Of a stretch of 64,000 nt of DNA, positions 10,125 through 20,093 are shown piece after piece. The notes beneath the pieces were generated by a model, which saw only the letters and a program-made list of their open reading frames with translations, was not told the origin of the DNA and did no database searches. Source of the DNA: an uncultured Spirochaetota bacterium (lineage in GTDB: Bacteria > Spirochaetota > Spirochaetia > SZUA-6 > Fen-1364). The DNA is taken from positions 1-64,000 of the forward strand of contig CAVUXE010000003.1 of assembly GCA_963745235.1 (NCBI GenBank). Direction: 5' to 3'. A program made the position numbers and the translations under genes. Numbering within the stretch: the first letter of the stretch is position 1; every line of letters starts with the position of its first letter.

Positions 10125-10785
10125 TCAAATAGATCTCCGGACGGGCTGAGGCCTGGCTTCGATGGCGTGGAAAACGCCAAAGAAGAATCGCCGATGGGCT
10201 GTCACGATCAGCCCTGCGGTTCGTGCGAGATCTCAGCGGTTCTTGATTCCAACGGCAGCCCGCTGCCTCGAAGTGACCGCGGGCTGTTCGATCCTGGTGG
10301 TGACCTATAGGACCCCAACTGCTGCGACCGTGTTCGAGTAGCAGGATGCGGCCATTCGGCCTGACCACCCGGCTCATCTCACGCAGCGCGGCCACAGGGT
10401 CCGAGAATGTGCAGGTCGAAAGGGCCGACACAACCACGTCGAAGCATCCGTCGATGAAATCGAGTCGCCCAGCATCCATCACGCGCAAGTTAACCGGCAG
10501 ACCCAAACGGTCAGCCCTTCGGCGGGCAATGCTCAGCATTCCTGGGCTGAGATCAATCCCTGTGACATGGCTGGCGGCGCGCAAGAACGGGAAGCTTGCG
10601 CCGGTGCCGCAGGCCACGTCAAGCACGTGGCCCGCAACGTCGTTCAGCAGGCGGCGGCGTTGGCGATCTACTCCAAACAGGCGCCGGTCCATGAAGGTCA
10701 TACGGCCGTAGGCGGGAGCAAGTCGATCGTATGTCCGCTGGATTTCTTCTCTGGGCATGGTCCGGTAATCGAGGCAAGTACTCAT
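10125..10785 (-). pseudogene. Class I SAM methyltransferase (PmtA-like), frameshift near 10235
   Basis: VLDVACGTG, GIDLSPGML, RVVRPNGRILLLEHG; the alternative frame gives ...FFFGVFHAIEARP ending at 10125. Confidence 0.75.
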
Positions 10786-10813
10786 CTTTGCTCGTCTCCT
10801 TCAAAGCGGGGCG

Positions 10814-11250
10814 TCATGTGACAGGGCGAGTCGTAGATGCTGTTGCCGGCCCGGCAGGTCTGATCGTGCAACTGCATGCGCGTGCGCGAGCCCTCAGGTT
10901 AAGCGCGAGGGCTAACAAAACGAGCAAGCGGCCACTCCCCCACAGCGGCCAGCCGCGTAAACCCGTCCCGCCCAGAGACGAATAGCGGCCCACCCACAAG
11001 AGCACGCCACCTGATAGGAACAAAGCCAAAGGGACGATCCGGCGATGACCCCGATAGTCGAGGACAAGGCCAACCAGCCCGACAACCAGTAGCCCAGCGG
11101 AGAGCCACATCCATACAGGGGCAAGTATGCCTAGATTGATTCCGTTGACAACCGCGTTCATCGGTTCGGTAATGCGCGGGTTGGCGTCGATATAGGAAGG
11201 TTGCCCAGTCTGTCGGTCTAGAAAATAGTCAATTGAAAGACTACCGTGTC
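10814..11250 (-). pseudogene. Chimeric remnant: ATP-grasp fragment joined to a MerC-like membrane protein fragment
   Basis: HGSLSIDYFLD...YIDANPRITEPMNA (ATP-grasp C-terminal), then TM helices with DYRGHRRIVPLAL and a terminal ACSC. Confidence 0.5.
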
Positions 11251-11428
11251 GCTCGCAAGCATTCGAGCGATGTTGAATGGCACCAACAGGGACTATAGAT
11301 ATTTCAAGGAAAAAGATTGGTTCCACTGGCGGGAAGGTTCTTCGATTTTTTCGGAGGACGGATGGGCAGAGCACGTCTCGCTGAAGCAGCAAAGGTGTGA
11401 GACTTCGGGCGCCGTTGCTGATTTCCGG

Positions 11429-12247
11429 TCAAAAGGCCGCGGTCAAGCCGACCTGTCCACCCACGAAGAGAGTGTATTGGCTATAGCGGTCAGCCAGGAA
11501 GGTCCCCAGCATCAAAGCGGAATACAGCGAAAGCCTTTCCGTGAGCCCTTTGGCTAACACACCGACGCCGGCCACGCGGTGCGAGATGTATGCGGATCCT
11601 GGAACGATCAGCAGGTAGTCATTGAAACCTGCAAGGAGGCCGGGGAAGATCGTAACGAGACCGTAGAGTTGGTTTGAAAGCTCGTAGTCGCTCTTGCCAA
11701 GAGCGCAGTTGGCAATCCACTCGAAGAAATAGCCGCTGCCGTCACCAACATGGAAATAGGTGACGGAGAATGTCTCCAGCGCGGCGAACGGTCCGAAGGC
11801 AACCTTGAGCGTGGGAGCGGCTCCAAGCATGTATCCGGCTGCGCCGCTCTGGGTGAGCTCTGAGACGGAAGCCTTGTCGAAACCAGCCGCATAGCCCGGA
11901 AGGTCGACAAGGCCGAAGCCCAGAGCGCTGAAGTATCCCGTGAATTGTGCGGTAAGGGCCAGATCAAAGAACGCGATCGGTTCAACATCTACAAACACCC
12001 CCGCCAGCTCGTACGCCGGGGAAAGGGTATTGATGACTCCAAAGTCGATCTTCGTGGATTCCCACAGGATTCCAGTGGATCTTGCGAGGGGCACGCGATA
12101 AAGGAATTGGCTCACGAGCTGAACGCCGAGGGGGACGTTGGAGGTCTGGACAGACTGATCGAGGTAGAGTCCGGGGACTGCCTTGTCTGCAAAAAGGCTC
12201 CCGATCACGAGCACTGAAAGCACAAAGGCGAGAGTCACTTTCTTCAT
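11429..12247 (-). CDS. Secreted or outer-membrane hypothetical protein (possible beta-barrel)
   Basis: Signal peptide MKKVTLAFVLSVLVIGSLFA, alternating beta-strand pattern, C-terminal Phe; ATGA overlap with the upstream gene. Confidence 0.65.
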   Translation of the reverse strand: MKKVTLAFVLSVLVIGSLFADKAVPGLYLDQSVQTSNVPLGVQLVSQFLYRVPLARSTGILWESTKIDFGVINTLSPAYELAGVFVDVEPIAFFDLALTAQFTGYFSALGFGLVDLPGYAAGFDKASVSELTQSGAAGYMLGAAPTLKVAFGPFAALETFSVTYFHVGDGSGYFFEWIANCALGKSDYELSNQLYGLVTIFPGLLAGFNDYLLIVPGSAYISHRVAGVGVLAKGLTERLSLYSALMLGTFLADRYSQYTLFVGGQVGLTAAF

Positions 12248-13023
12248 GGGTTCTGCTGCACGGCTACCGAGATATCTGCAACGATTTCCGAAGCAGTGGT
12301 GATTCCCGCAAGGTCAGGATCAATCGAGCCATCCCTGCCGTCCGCCGCGCCATGACCCTCAAGGGAGAGCTGGTAGACGCGGACTCCGGAATCCAGATCG
12401 ATGTCCGCCGCGTACACGAGGGACGGCTGTCCGCTCCCCCCAACCGGGCCGCCCGAGTATCCCGGTTCTCCCGGTTTGGCAGAAGCCGGATATCGGTCGT
12501 TGAAATCGAGTGATTGGTTGAACTCGGCAAGAATCCGAAACTTCCTGAGGCCAGGCTTCTCCATGAACGCGGCATCGACCCCCGCCTTCGATGTCGCGCC
12601 GCTCACCGCGTCCGCCTCGGGGTCGGCTTTTGTCGGCATGAAGAGCCCGTCCGCGGATTTGATTCCTCTGTGATGGCTCCAGACAGGAAGAGACTCAGGG
12701 CGCCGGATTCCTCCCTCGGGGATCTCCTCTCCCGGAGAGGCGACCCATCCCTGGGTTGCTGTCTTGTGCGTGACGAAGATGGTGCTCAGGTAGGTTCCGT
12801 TTTCGTCTTCGATCCAGATCGCGTACTGCGGCGGAGTCTGGAAGGTGAGGCCAAGAAACAAGGGATGCCTGTGCAGCCATGCTTTTCCCGGTGTCACGGA
12901 GACCTCTATGGGTCCTGTTCCGACCTTCGCAGGGACCGCGGCGCAGCCCGTCAGGATTGCCAGTACGGCGGCTGACAGCAGCATGCGCCGGCTCCCGCGT
13001 CCCGTTTTGGTTTGGCTTTTCAT
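12244..13023 (-). CDS. DUF2271-like lipoprotein with flavinylation motif DAVSGAT
   Basis: Lipobox LTGC; PQYAIWIEDENG, RPESLPVW, DAVSGAT, EFNQSLDFN, SGQPSLVY. Confidence 0.75.
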   Translation of the reverse strand: MKSQTKTGRGSRRMLLSAAVLAILTGCAAVPAKVGTGPIEVSVTPGKAWLHRHPLFLGLTFQTPPQYAIWIEDENGTYLSTIFVTHKTATQGWVASPGEEIPEGGIRRPESLPVWSHHRGIKSADGLFMPTKADPEADAVSGATSKAGVDAAFMEKPGLRKFRILAEFNQSLDFNDRYPASAKPGEPGYSGGPVGGSGQPSLVYAADIDLDSGVRVYQLSLEGHGAADGRDGSIDPDLAGITTASEIVADISVAVQQNP

Positions 13024-13679
13024 GTGCCCTTTCCTTTCGTTGTTCCGATTGATCTCAGGATGTGTTGAAACATCGCTTCCACCAGGGCTTCCGGGCCGAC
13101 GCCGCGGTACTTTCGGAGATAAGCCGCCTTCTTGTCCAGGAGAAGGTTAAGCCCGAGAAGCTCTGCCCACAGCACCAGCGCCGTCTCCTCCGGGTCCAGG
13201 TCGCTGCGGAGGCTTCCATCGCGGACCCCATCGCGGATAGTGCTGGTCAGAAGGTCCGCGATCTTTTCCCCTTCGGCATAACATTTGCGCGCAACGTGGT
13301 CGTCTTCGGCGAAATCGGCGTCCTGCGTCTCATAGAGTACGATCGTTCGAAAATGGTGGAAATGGCTCTTTCGAAACTCGACATACGTTCGACCCACTGC
13401 CGCCAGTCGGTCGGCCGCAGGCCCATCCGCCAGGTTGCTCACAGTCTCCCGCAGCATTGCATTGAGGAGACGGAAGCCCCGATGCGCGATGGCAAGGGTG
13501 AGCTGGTTCTTGCCAGAGAAGTACTTGTACAGCGTCCTCTTGCTGAAGTCGGACTCACGGGCGACGTCGTCCATGGTCGCGCCATCGAAACCGCGCGCAA
13601 AGAAGATCCGCTCCGCTGCGTCGATGATATCGTCTTCGCGAATTAACTTTTCCCGTTCTCTGCGTTCGGGCGCACCCAT
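13020..13679 (-). CDS. TetR/AcrR family regulator
   Basis: IIDAAERIFFARGFDGATMDDVARESDFSKRTLYKYF. Confidence 0.93.
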   Translation of the reverse strand: MGAPERREREKLIREDDIIDAAERIFFARGFDGATMDDVARESDFSKRTLYKYFSGKNQLTLAIAHRGFRLLNAMLRETVSNLADGPAADRLAAVGRTYVEFRKSHFHHFRTIVLYETQDADFAEDDHVARKCYAEGEKIADLLTSTIRDGVRDGSLRSDLDPEETALVLWAELLGLNLLLDKKAAYLRKYRGVGPEALVEAMFQHILRSIGTTKGKGT

Positions 13680-13695
13680 TGCATATCCTCCAGAA

Positions 13696-13748
13696 TAAAC
13701 TTATAGTTTACTTCATTGCACTGTAGTATACTTATTGAGGTCCGTCAA
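13696..13748 (-). promoter_or_regulatory. Sigma70 promoter of tetR with a palindromic operator
   Basis: Minus strand TTGACG(13748-13743)-N17-TACAGT(13725-13720); near-palindrome TAAACTTATAGTTTA at 13696-13710. Confidence 0.65.
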
Positions 13749-13854
13749 GTCCTCGAATGTTCAGGTGCAGTCGGGAGATGCGCGAACATGGGGCGCGCGG
13801 GCGTTTTCGCGGGCGAGTGTGTTCATTTGGGAGCGAGGTCAAGGAGGCCTTAAG

Positions 13855-14958
13855 ATGAAGATCCTCTTCCGGTTTGTTGTCGTCATGCTCATTGCCAGTT
13901 GCTCGTCTTGCAGTATTCGTTCCTCACCGCTCGCGCCCGGGTCGTGGCTTGATATCATGGACCGTGCCCGTTGGGCACAGAACGCGCATAACATGCAGAG
14001 TTGGAAGTTGACTCCGGCGCCCAAAGACAGAGACACACTATGGATCTGGCTCGATTCTGGCAGGCTCCTTCCTCAGACCGATCCCCTGTCACGCCAATTG
14101 TTGATCTCGGTCGGGTGTTTCCTGGCAGCCGCGGAGGACGCCGCGGCCGCCCGGGGTCTGAAGCTTTCCTGGACCCTGTTCCCGAACGGTGTCTGGAACC
14201 CCACCAGGCCGGCGGGAACACCGGTGGCCGCTTTGTCGAAGGCTCCCGACCCACAGGCGTCGCCGCGGGAGAAGCTGGATGCGCTGTCCACGGCAACGGT
14301 AAAGTACAGGGTCACCCCGCTTGTTTTTTCAAAGGATTTCTTTGACTCCCAGGAAACCCGTTATTCGGAGGCAAGGATTCGGTTCGCGTGGATCCAGGAG
14401 CCGGGCCAGCTGGAGAAGATCAAGAAAATCGCCCGCGATGCATATGCCGTCGAGATGACGCTCCCACGGACGCTCGACGAGAGCTACCTGAACACTCGGT
14501 TCAACGGTGACCAAAGGCGACGGAGGCCCTGGGGCATCACCCTTCTGCCGAACTTCCCTGCAGGGGTTATCCCCCTGGTTGACGTTTGGGAAACGCTCTT
14601 TCCTGAGTCGCGGCAAGACTACGCGAAATCTTCCATAAAGCTCTTCTCTTCGGCGATTGATTCTTCGAGAGCCATCCTCGTCGTGACGACCCAGGGAAAT
14701 ACTCCTGAGCTTCAAGTTCGCACGGGAGTGTTGTTGCAGAGGCTCTGGATGGAAGTGCTGTCTGCCGGCGGAAGTCTGCTACCCCTTTCCCAGGCGCTGC
14801 AGGAGTATCCGGAGATGAGGGAGCTTCGCGGGGCGATCCACAGGGAAGCATCCCAGCCGGGGGAGACGGTTCAGATGCTTCTTTCACTAGGAAAGCCAAA
14901 GGGAGCATTTGTTCGCTCTCCGCGGATTCCCGCAAGCGAGTTGTTCCCTCGGAAGTGA
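13855..14958 (+). CDS. Acg-family nitroreductase-like FMN-binding protein with putative lipoprotein signal
   Basis: WAQNAHNMQSW, RLLPQTDPLSRQLLISVGCFL, GVLLQRLW, PLSQALQEYPEM, VQMLLSLG, SPR; N-terminal LIASC; RBS AAGGAGG. Confidence 0.8.
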   Translation: MKILFRFVVVMLIASCSSCSIRSSPLAPGSWLDIMDRARWAQNAHNMQSWKLTPAPKDRDTLWIWLDSGRLLPQTDPLSRQLLISVGCFLAAAEDAAAARGLKLSWTLFPNGVWNPTRPAGTPVAALSKAPDPQASPREKLDALSTATVKYRVTPLVFSKDFFDSQETRYSEARIRFAWIQEPGQLEKIKKIARDAYAVEMTLPRTLDESYLNTRFNGDQRRRRPWGITLLPNFPAGVIPLVDVWETLFPESRQDYAKSSIKLFSSAIDSSRAILVVTTQGNTPELQVRTGVLLQRLWMEVLSAGGSLLPLSQALQEYPEMRELRGAIHREASQPGETVQMLLSLGKPKGAFVRSPRIPASELFPRK

Positions 14959-15141
14959 CAGAGGCTAACCGCCCCCCCACGAGAAAAGGCGTTCCCGAGG
15001 GCGCGGCGCCTCTCGGCAGGAATCGATTCCGGATGACGGGTCGCCCGAGTCGAGGCAACACGCGGATAACACGGATTTATCCTTCTTTCATGTGCTGTTT
15101 ATTGATTTCACTGCTGGCCGGATTAGTCTTGAATTGCTGAA

Positions 15142-15795
15142 ATGACCAGGAGAGGAGCATTCATTCTCAGTTTCCTGGGAGCCTTGGCGCTCGCAGGGAC
15201 CACAGCCTCATACGCTGAGAATCTTTTCGAGCTGGCAAAAGGCGGCGCGCCGCTGCAGGTGCAAGCCGCCGTGGACGCCGGAGCGGATGTCAATGAGCGG
15301 GGAAGAAATGGCGTGACCCCGTTGATGCTCGCAGCGCTGTTCAACAGGGACCCGGACGTCATTCAGGTGCTCATAAAGGCAGGGGCAAGGCTTGCGGACA
15401 CAAACTCTGACGGCCGCACTGCCCTCCAGCTTGCCGCCCAGTTCAGTGGCAACCCGGCGGTCATCACTGCGCTCCTGAACGCCGCCGGGGTCACCGACAG
15501 TGACGCAAAGACGGCTCTGCTGTTTGCCGCGGAGAGCAACCCGAATCCTGACACTATCGCGGCGCTCGTGGGAGCAGGACTGAACGTTGACGCCACAATG
15601 TCCGATGGGCGCACTTCCCTGATGCTTGCAGCCGAGTTCAATCAGAACCCTGCGGTCATTTCCGCTCTCCTGGTGGCCGGAGCGAATGCAAAGCTCAAGT
15701 CCAGTGAGGGGAAAACGGCGCTTGAATATGCAGAGGAAAACCCAAAGCTGAAGGGGACCCAGGAATACCTTGAGCTGAAGAGCGTGACCCGATAG
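15142..15795 (+). CDS. Secreted ankyrin-repeat protein
   Basis: Signal peptide; GVTPLMLAA, GRTALQLAA, GRTSLMLAA, GKTALEYA. Confidence 0.9.
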   Translation: MTRRGAFILSFLGALALAGTTASYAENLFELAKGGAPLQVQAAVDAGADVNERGRNGVTPLMLAALFNRDPDVIQVLIKAGARLADTNSDGRTALQLAAQFSGNPAVITALLNAAGVTDSDAKTALLFAAESNPNPDTIAALVGAGLNVDATMSDGRTSLMLAAEFNQNPAVISALLVAGANAKLKSSEGKTALEYAEENPKLKGTQEYLELKSVTR

Positions 15796-15868
15796 GCCTG
15801 GAGTTGGTTCGGTTTGTACCGAATTGGCAAAAGGATTATTTCTTGCATAGCAGTGAGTTGCGTATAGG

Positions 15869-15961
15869 TGTTTAGTTTGAGATACACTGCTGTAACACGA
15901 AGGAAACACTTTTGAGCTGATTTATCGCCTTCGGCTTGTTTGTTGTTTCGAGGACGAAACA
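15869..15961 (+). promoter_or_regulatory. Three TGT-N12-ACA sites, candidate bEBP enhancers
   Basis: 15869-15886, 15891-15908 and 15944-15961 (perfect TGTTTCG-N4-CGAAACA), 100-190 bp upstream of a sigma54 promoter. Confidence 0.6.
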
Positions 15962-16060
15962 GATTCCGCAGAAATGTTTCCCAACGTCGCCAAGCCCGAT
16001 CCACCTGACTCTAATTATCTGAGAGCAAAGAAATTAGTAATAGGTGATATTCTTTGCTCC

Positions 16061-16076
16061 TGGCACATGCTTTGCA
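16061..16076 (+). promoter_or_regulatory. Sigma54 (-24/-12) promoter
   Basis: TGGCACATGCTTTGCA matches TGGCAC-N5-TTGCA, about 30 bp before the ATG at 16108. Confidence 0.85.
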
Positions 16077-16107
16077 TATATTTACTCCACTAAGGAGGCA
16101 CTCGAAA

Positions 16108-17212
16108 ATGAGACGAATCGCTCTTGTTCTGGCTCTCTTTGTGCTGGCTCTGCCAGTGGCCGTATTTGCCGGAGGCGCAAAAGAAGCCGGCGGCGGAAAG
16201 CTGGCTGTCGGTATCGTTCTCCCCACAAAAGACGAGCCCAGGTGGATCCAGGACCAGACAAGGTTCCAGGATGCATTCAAGAAGCTCGGCTACAACGTGC
16301 AGATCCTCTTCAGCCAGGGCGACTCGGCCAAGGAAAAGGCCAACGTCGAAGCCCTGATCTCCCAGCGGCGTCAAAGTCATCATCATCTGCCCCCAGGACG
16401 CCTCGGCGGCGGCAGCGGCAGCGGATGAAGCGCATGCAGCGGGCGTAAAGGTCATCTCGTATGACCGCCTGATCCGTGACACCGCCTCCGTCGACTACTA
16501 CGTGACCTTCGACAGCGTGGCGGTCGGCGCGGCATGGGGCACCTACCTCTGCCAGCAAGGCTACCGGCACGGGAACAACCTGTACCTGTATGCCGGCGCT
16601 GCCTCGGACAACAACGCGTTCCTCTTCTTCCAGGGCGCATGGAGCGTTCTGCAGCCCAAGATCGCTGACGGCACCTTCGTCATCAGGAACTCAAGCGCAG
16701 CCGTGGCGCTTCAAAACAAGGCCATGCTCTCTCGCGAAGAGGAAGCAAGCATCATCGGCCAGGTCACCACGAACTGGAACTTCAACGATGCGAAGAACAA
16801 GGCAGAGGCTGACCTGACTGCGGCTTCCGCAGACGCGAAGGGCACGGTGTACATCGCTGCCCCGAACGACGGGACCGCCCGCGCCATCGCGGATGCCTTC
16901 GCCGCCGACAAGGCCGTCACGAAGTACTACATCACCGGACAGGACGCTGAGAAGGCTTCCATCCAGTACATCATCGACGGCAAGCAGTCCATGACGGTCC
17001 TGAAGGACGTGCGCGTGCTCGTTGATGACGCCATCAACGCGGCTGTTGCCTATGTCAAAGGCCAGGCACCTGAGAAGACCACGACATACAACAACGGCAA
17101 GATCGACGTCCCCGCAAAGCCCTCGGCCATCGTCACGGTGACCAGGGACAACGTGAAGGCCGCCATTGTGGACTCCGGCTACTGGCCGGCCAGCGCTTTC
17201 ACGGGCCTCTAA
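16108..17212 (+). CDS. chvE: Sugar ABC substrate-binding protein, ChvE/XylF type (frameshifts near 16365 and 16565)
   Basis: VGIVLPTKDEPRWIQD, VISYDRLI, APNDGTARAI, ITGQDAEKAS, TTTYNNGKIDVP across frames. Confidence 0.8.
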
Positions 17213-17244
17213 GACACCTCTCCTGAATCTGTTCTGATTTCCGG

Positions 17245-17280
17245 CAGGAGCAGCGATGGACACGTCCACCGCTGCTCCTG
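17245..17280 (+). terminator. GC-rich intercistronic hairpin after the SBP gene
   Basis: CAGGAGCAGCG...CGCTGCTCCTG; no adjacent U tract, so more likely an mRNA-stabilising stem-loop. Confidence 0.6.
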
Positions 17281-17323
17281 TACTATGGGTCATCCCTTTT
17301 CACTCGACTGAAGCGGAGCCGCC

Positions 17324-18845
17324 ATGGGTACCCCACTCTTGGAGATGAAAAACATAACAAAGACCTTCCCGGGCGTCGTTGCTCTGAACAACGTCAGCTT
17401 CCAGGTCATGGAGAAGGAAATACACTGCCTGGTCGGAGAAAACGGGGCAGGGAAATCCACCCTCATGAAAGTCCTGAGCGGCGTGCACCGCTACGGAGAC
17501 TACCAGGGAGAGATCATCTTCGGCGGCAAGGTCCAGCAATTCCACCACATCGCGGACAGCGAAAAGGCGGGCATCGCCATCATCTACCAGGAGCTCGCGC
17601 TGGTCCCCGAAATGACGGTCTATGAAAACATCTTCCTGGGCCACGAGATAGGAAACGGCTTTACCATGGACTGGAATGAAACGGTGAAAAAGGCCACCGA
17701 AATGCTCCGGCAGGGTGCAGGCTGTCGGTGAACCCGGATACGAAGGTGAAGGACCTCGGCATCGGGAAGCAGCAGCTCGTGGAGATTGCCAAGGCGCTTT
17801 CCCGCGACGTGAAGCTCCTCATCCTGGATGAGCCCACGGCGGCCCTCAACGAGGACGACTGCGACAACCTCCTGGACCTGCTCCGCGGCCTCAGGCAGCA
17901 CGGGGTCACCTGCGTTCTCATTTCCCACAAGCTGAAGGAGGTCATCAGGATCGCCGACACGGTCACCGTGTTGCGTGACGGTCAGACCATCACCACGCTG
18001 AGCGCCGCACGGGGAGAGGTTTCCGAATCCGTGCTGATCAAGCACATGGTGGGGAGAGAGATCGACAATATCTACCCCCGACGGGAGCACGTTCGGTCCG
18101 AGAAGGTCGTGCTGGAGGTGAAGGACTGGAACGCATACGACCCGAACCTCGGCCGGGCTATCCTCAAGGACGTTTCCTTCAAAGTGAAGAAGGGGGAGAT
18201 CGTGGGGTTTGCCGGGCTGATGGGCTCAGGCCGTACGGAGCTCGCCAAGAGCATTTTCGGAAACCCGGACGGCTACGCCATCAGGGGGAGCTTCGCGTAG
18301 ACGGCTCCGTACGGCACTTCCACAATCCCAAGGATGCCATCAGCTCCTCCGTCGCGTACGCGACGGAGGACAGGAAGAAGAACGGCCTCATCCTCATCCA
18401 GGACGTGAAGCAGAACATCACCCTCGCCAATCTGCGCGAGATCTCGCGGAGAGGGATCGTCAACGGCAACGCGGAGGTCAAGGTCGCGGAGGAATACACC
18501 AACGCGCTCAGCATCAAGACGCCGAGCCTGGAGCAGACCGTCTCCAACCTCAGCGGCGGCAACCAGCAGAAGGTGTCCGTGGCCAAATGGCTGTTCGTGA
18601 AGCCCGAGGTGCTCATCCTGGACGAGCCCACGCGGGGGATCGACGTCGGCGCGAAATATGAGATCTACACGATCATGAACAGGCTCGTGAGCCAGGGAAT
18701 GAGCATCATCATGATTTCATCCGAGCTGCCTGAGATCCTGGGCATGAGCGACCGCATCTATGTAGTTTCAACGGGAAGGATCACCGGCGAGCTGCCGACT
18801 TCGGAAGCGACGCAGGAAAAAATCATGCAGCTGGCAACGAGCTAG
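17324..18845 (+). CDS. gguA: Sugar ABC ATP-binding protein, GguA/XylG type (frameshifts near 17715 and 18290)
   Basis: [47 protein letters not shown] in three consecutive ORFs. Confidence 0.82.
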
Positions 18846-18855
18846 GAGGCGCCTT

Positions 18856-20039
18856 GTGACCGTCAACGACCTGCAGAAAGCCGCGCGGCAGAACATCCGC
18901 GACTACGGCATGTACATCGCGCTGTTCATCATCATGGCCATTTTCACCATCACCACGAAGGGCCTCTTCATATCCTCGCGCAACATCTCCAACCTCATGA
19001 ACCAGACCGGCTACATTGCCGTGCTTGCCGTGGGCATGACGCTGGTCATCGTGATCCGGCACATCGACCTTTCCGTCGGGTTCCTGTCCGGGTTCCTCGG
19101 GGCAATTGCGGCAATCAGCCTCGTGTTCTGGCACGTGCCGGTCTTCTTCGCCATCCTGCTGGTGCTCGTGCTCGGGATAGGCGCGGGGCTGCTCACCGCG
19201 TTCCCCGTGGCCCAGCTGGGCATCCCTTCCTTCGTCGCCTCCCTGGCGGGCTGGCTGATCTACCGCGGAGCCTTGCTCCTCGTCACGCTGAACACGGGCA
19301 CCATCATCATCCCGGACAAGATCTTCAATGCGATCGGAAATGGCTACATTCCTGACCTGTTTCCGACCGCCGGGTTTTTCCCGGGGTCCACAAACTGACG
19401 GTCTTCCTCGGGCTCCTGGGTATCGTCTGGTTCATCCTGGGCCAGATCCGCAGCCGACGGAGCAAGAAGGCGTACAACTTCGAGGTGATCCCCGCGGACA
19501 TGTTCGCGCTGAAGCTCGTCTTCATCTCCGCCCTGCTGGCCGTCATCACCTGGGTGCTTGCCGGCTACAACGGCCTCTCGTGGACCCTGGTCATCGTGCT
19601 CGTCGTGGTCGGAGTCTACAACTTCATTGCCAACCAGACGGTGCTGGGCCGTCACATCTACGCCGTGGGCGGCAACCCCGAAGCGGCTGAGCTGAGCGGC
19701 GTCAGCGTGAAACGGATCACGTACCTGGTCTTTGGTTCCATGGGGATGCTCTCCGGCCTCTCCGGCATCCTTTTCGCCTCCCGTCTTCAGTCAGCCACGA
19801 CCACCGCCGGGTCGCTGTTCGAGCTGGACTCCATTGCCGCCGCCTACATCGGCGGCGTATCGGCGGCCGGCGGCGTCGGAAAGATCATGGGGTCCCTCAT
19901 CGGAGCCCTGGTCTACATTTCCCTCACCAGCGGAATGAACCTCATGGGAACCGACATTTCCTCCCAGTACATCGTGCGCGGGGCGGTGCTCGCGGCGGCC
20001 GTCATCTTCGACGTGACGACGCGCAGGACGCGCAAGTGA
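18856..20039 (+). CDS. gguB: Sugar ABC permease, GguB/XylH type (frameshift near 19390)
   Basis: RHIDLSVG, GRHIYAVGGNPEAAELSG, ELDSIAAAYIGG. Confidence 0.82.
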
Positions 20040-20093
20040 GGTGGCTGGATCGGGACGCTGCCGAGGGGCCGCCTCGATCGACGCCGGACGTCC

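Noticed and set aside
14959-15141. GGCTAAC after the Acg-like gene as an attC left end
   Set aside because: No complementary L boxes or correctly spaced GTTRRRY found.
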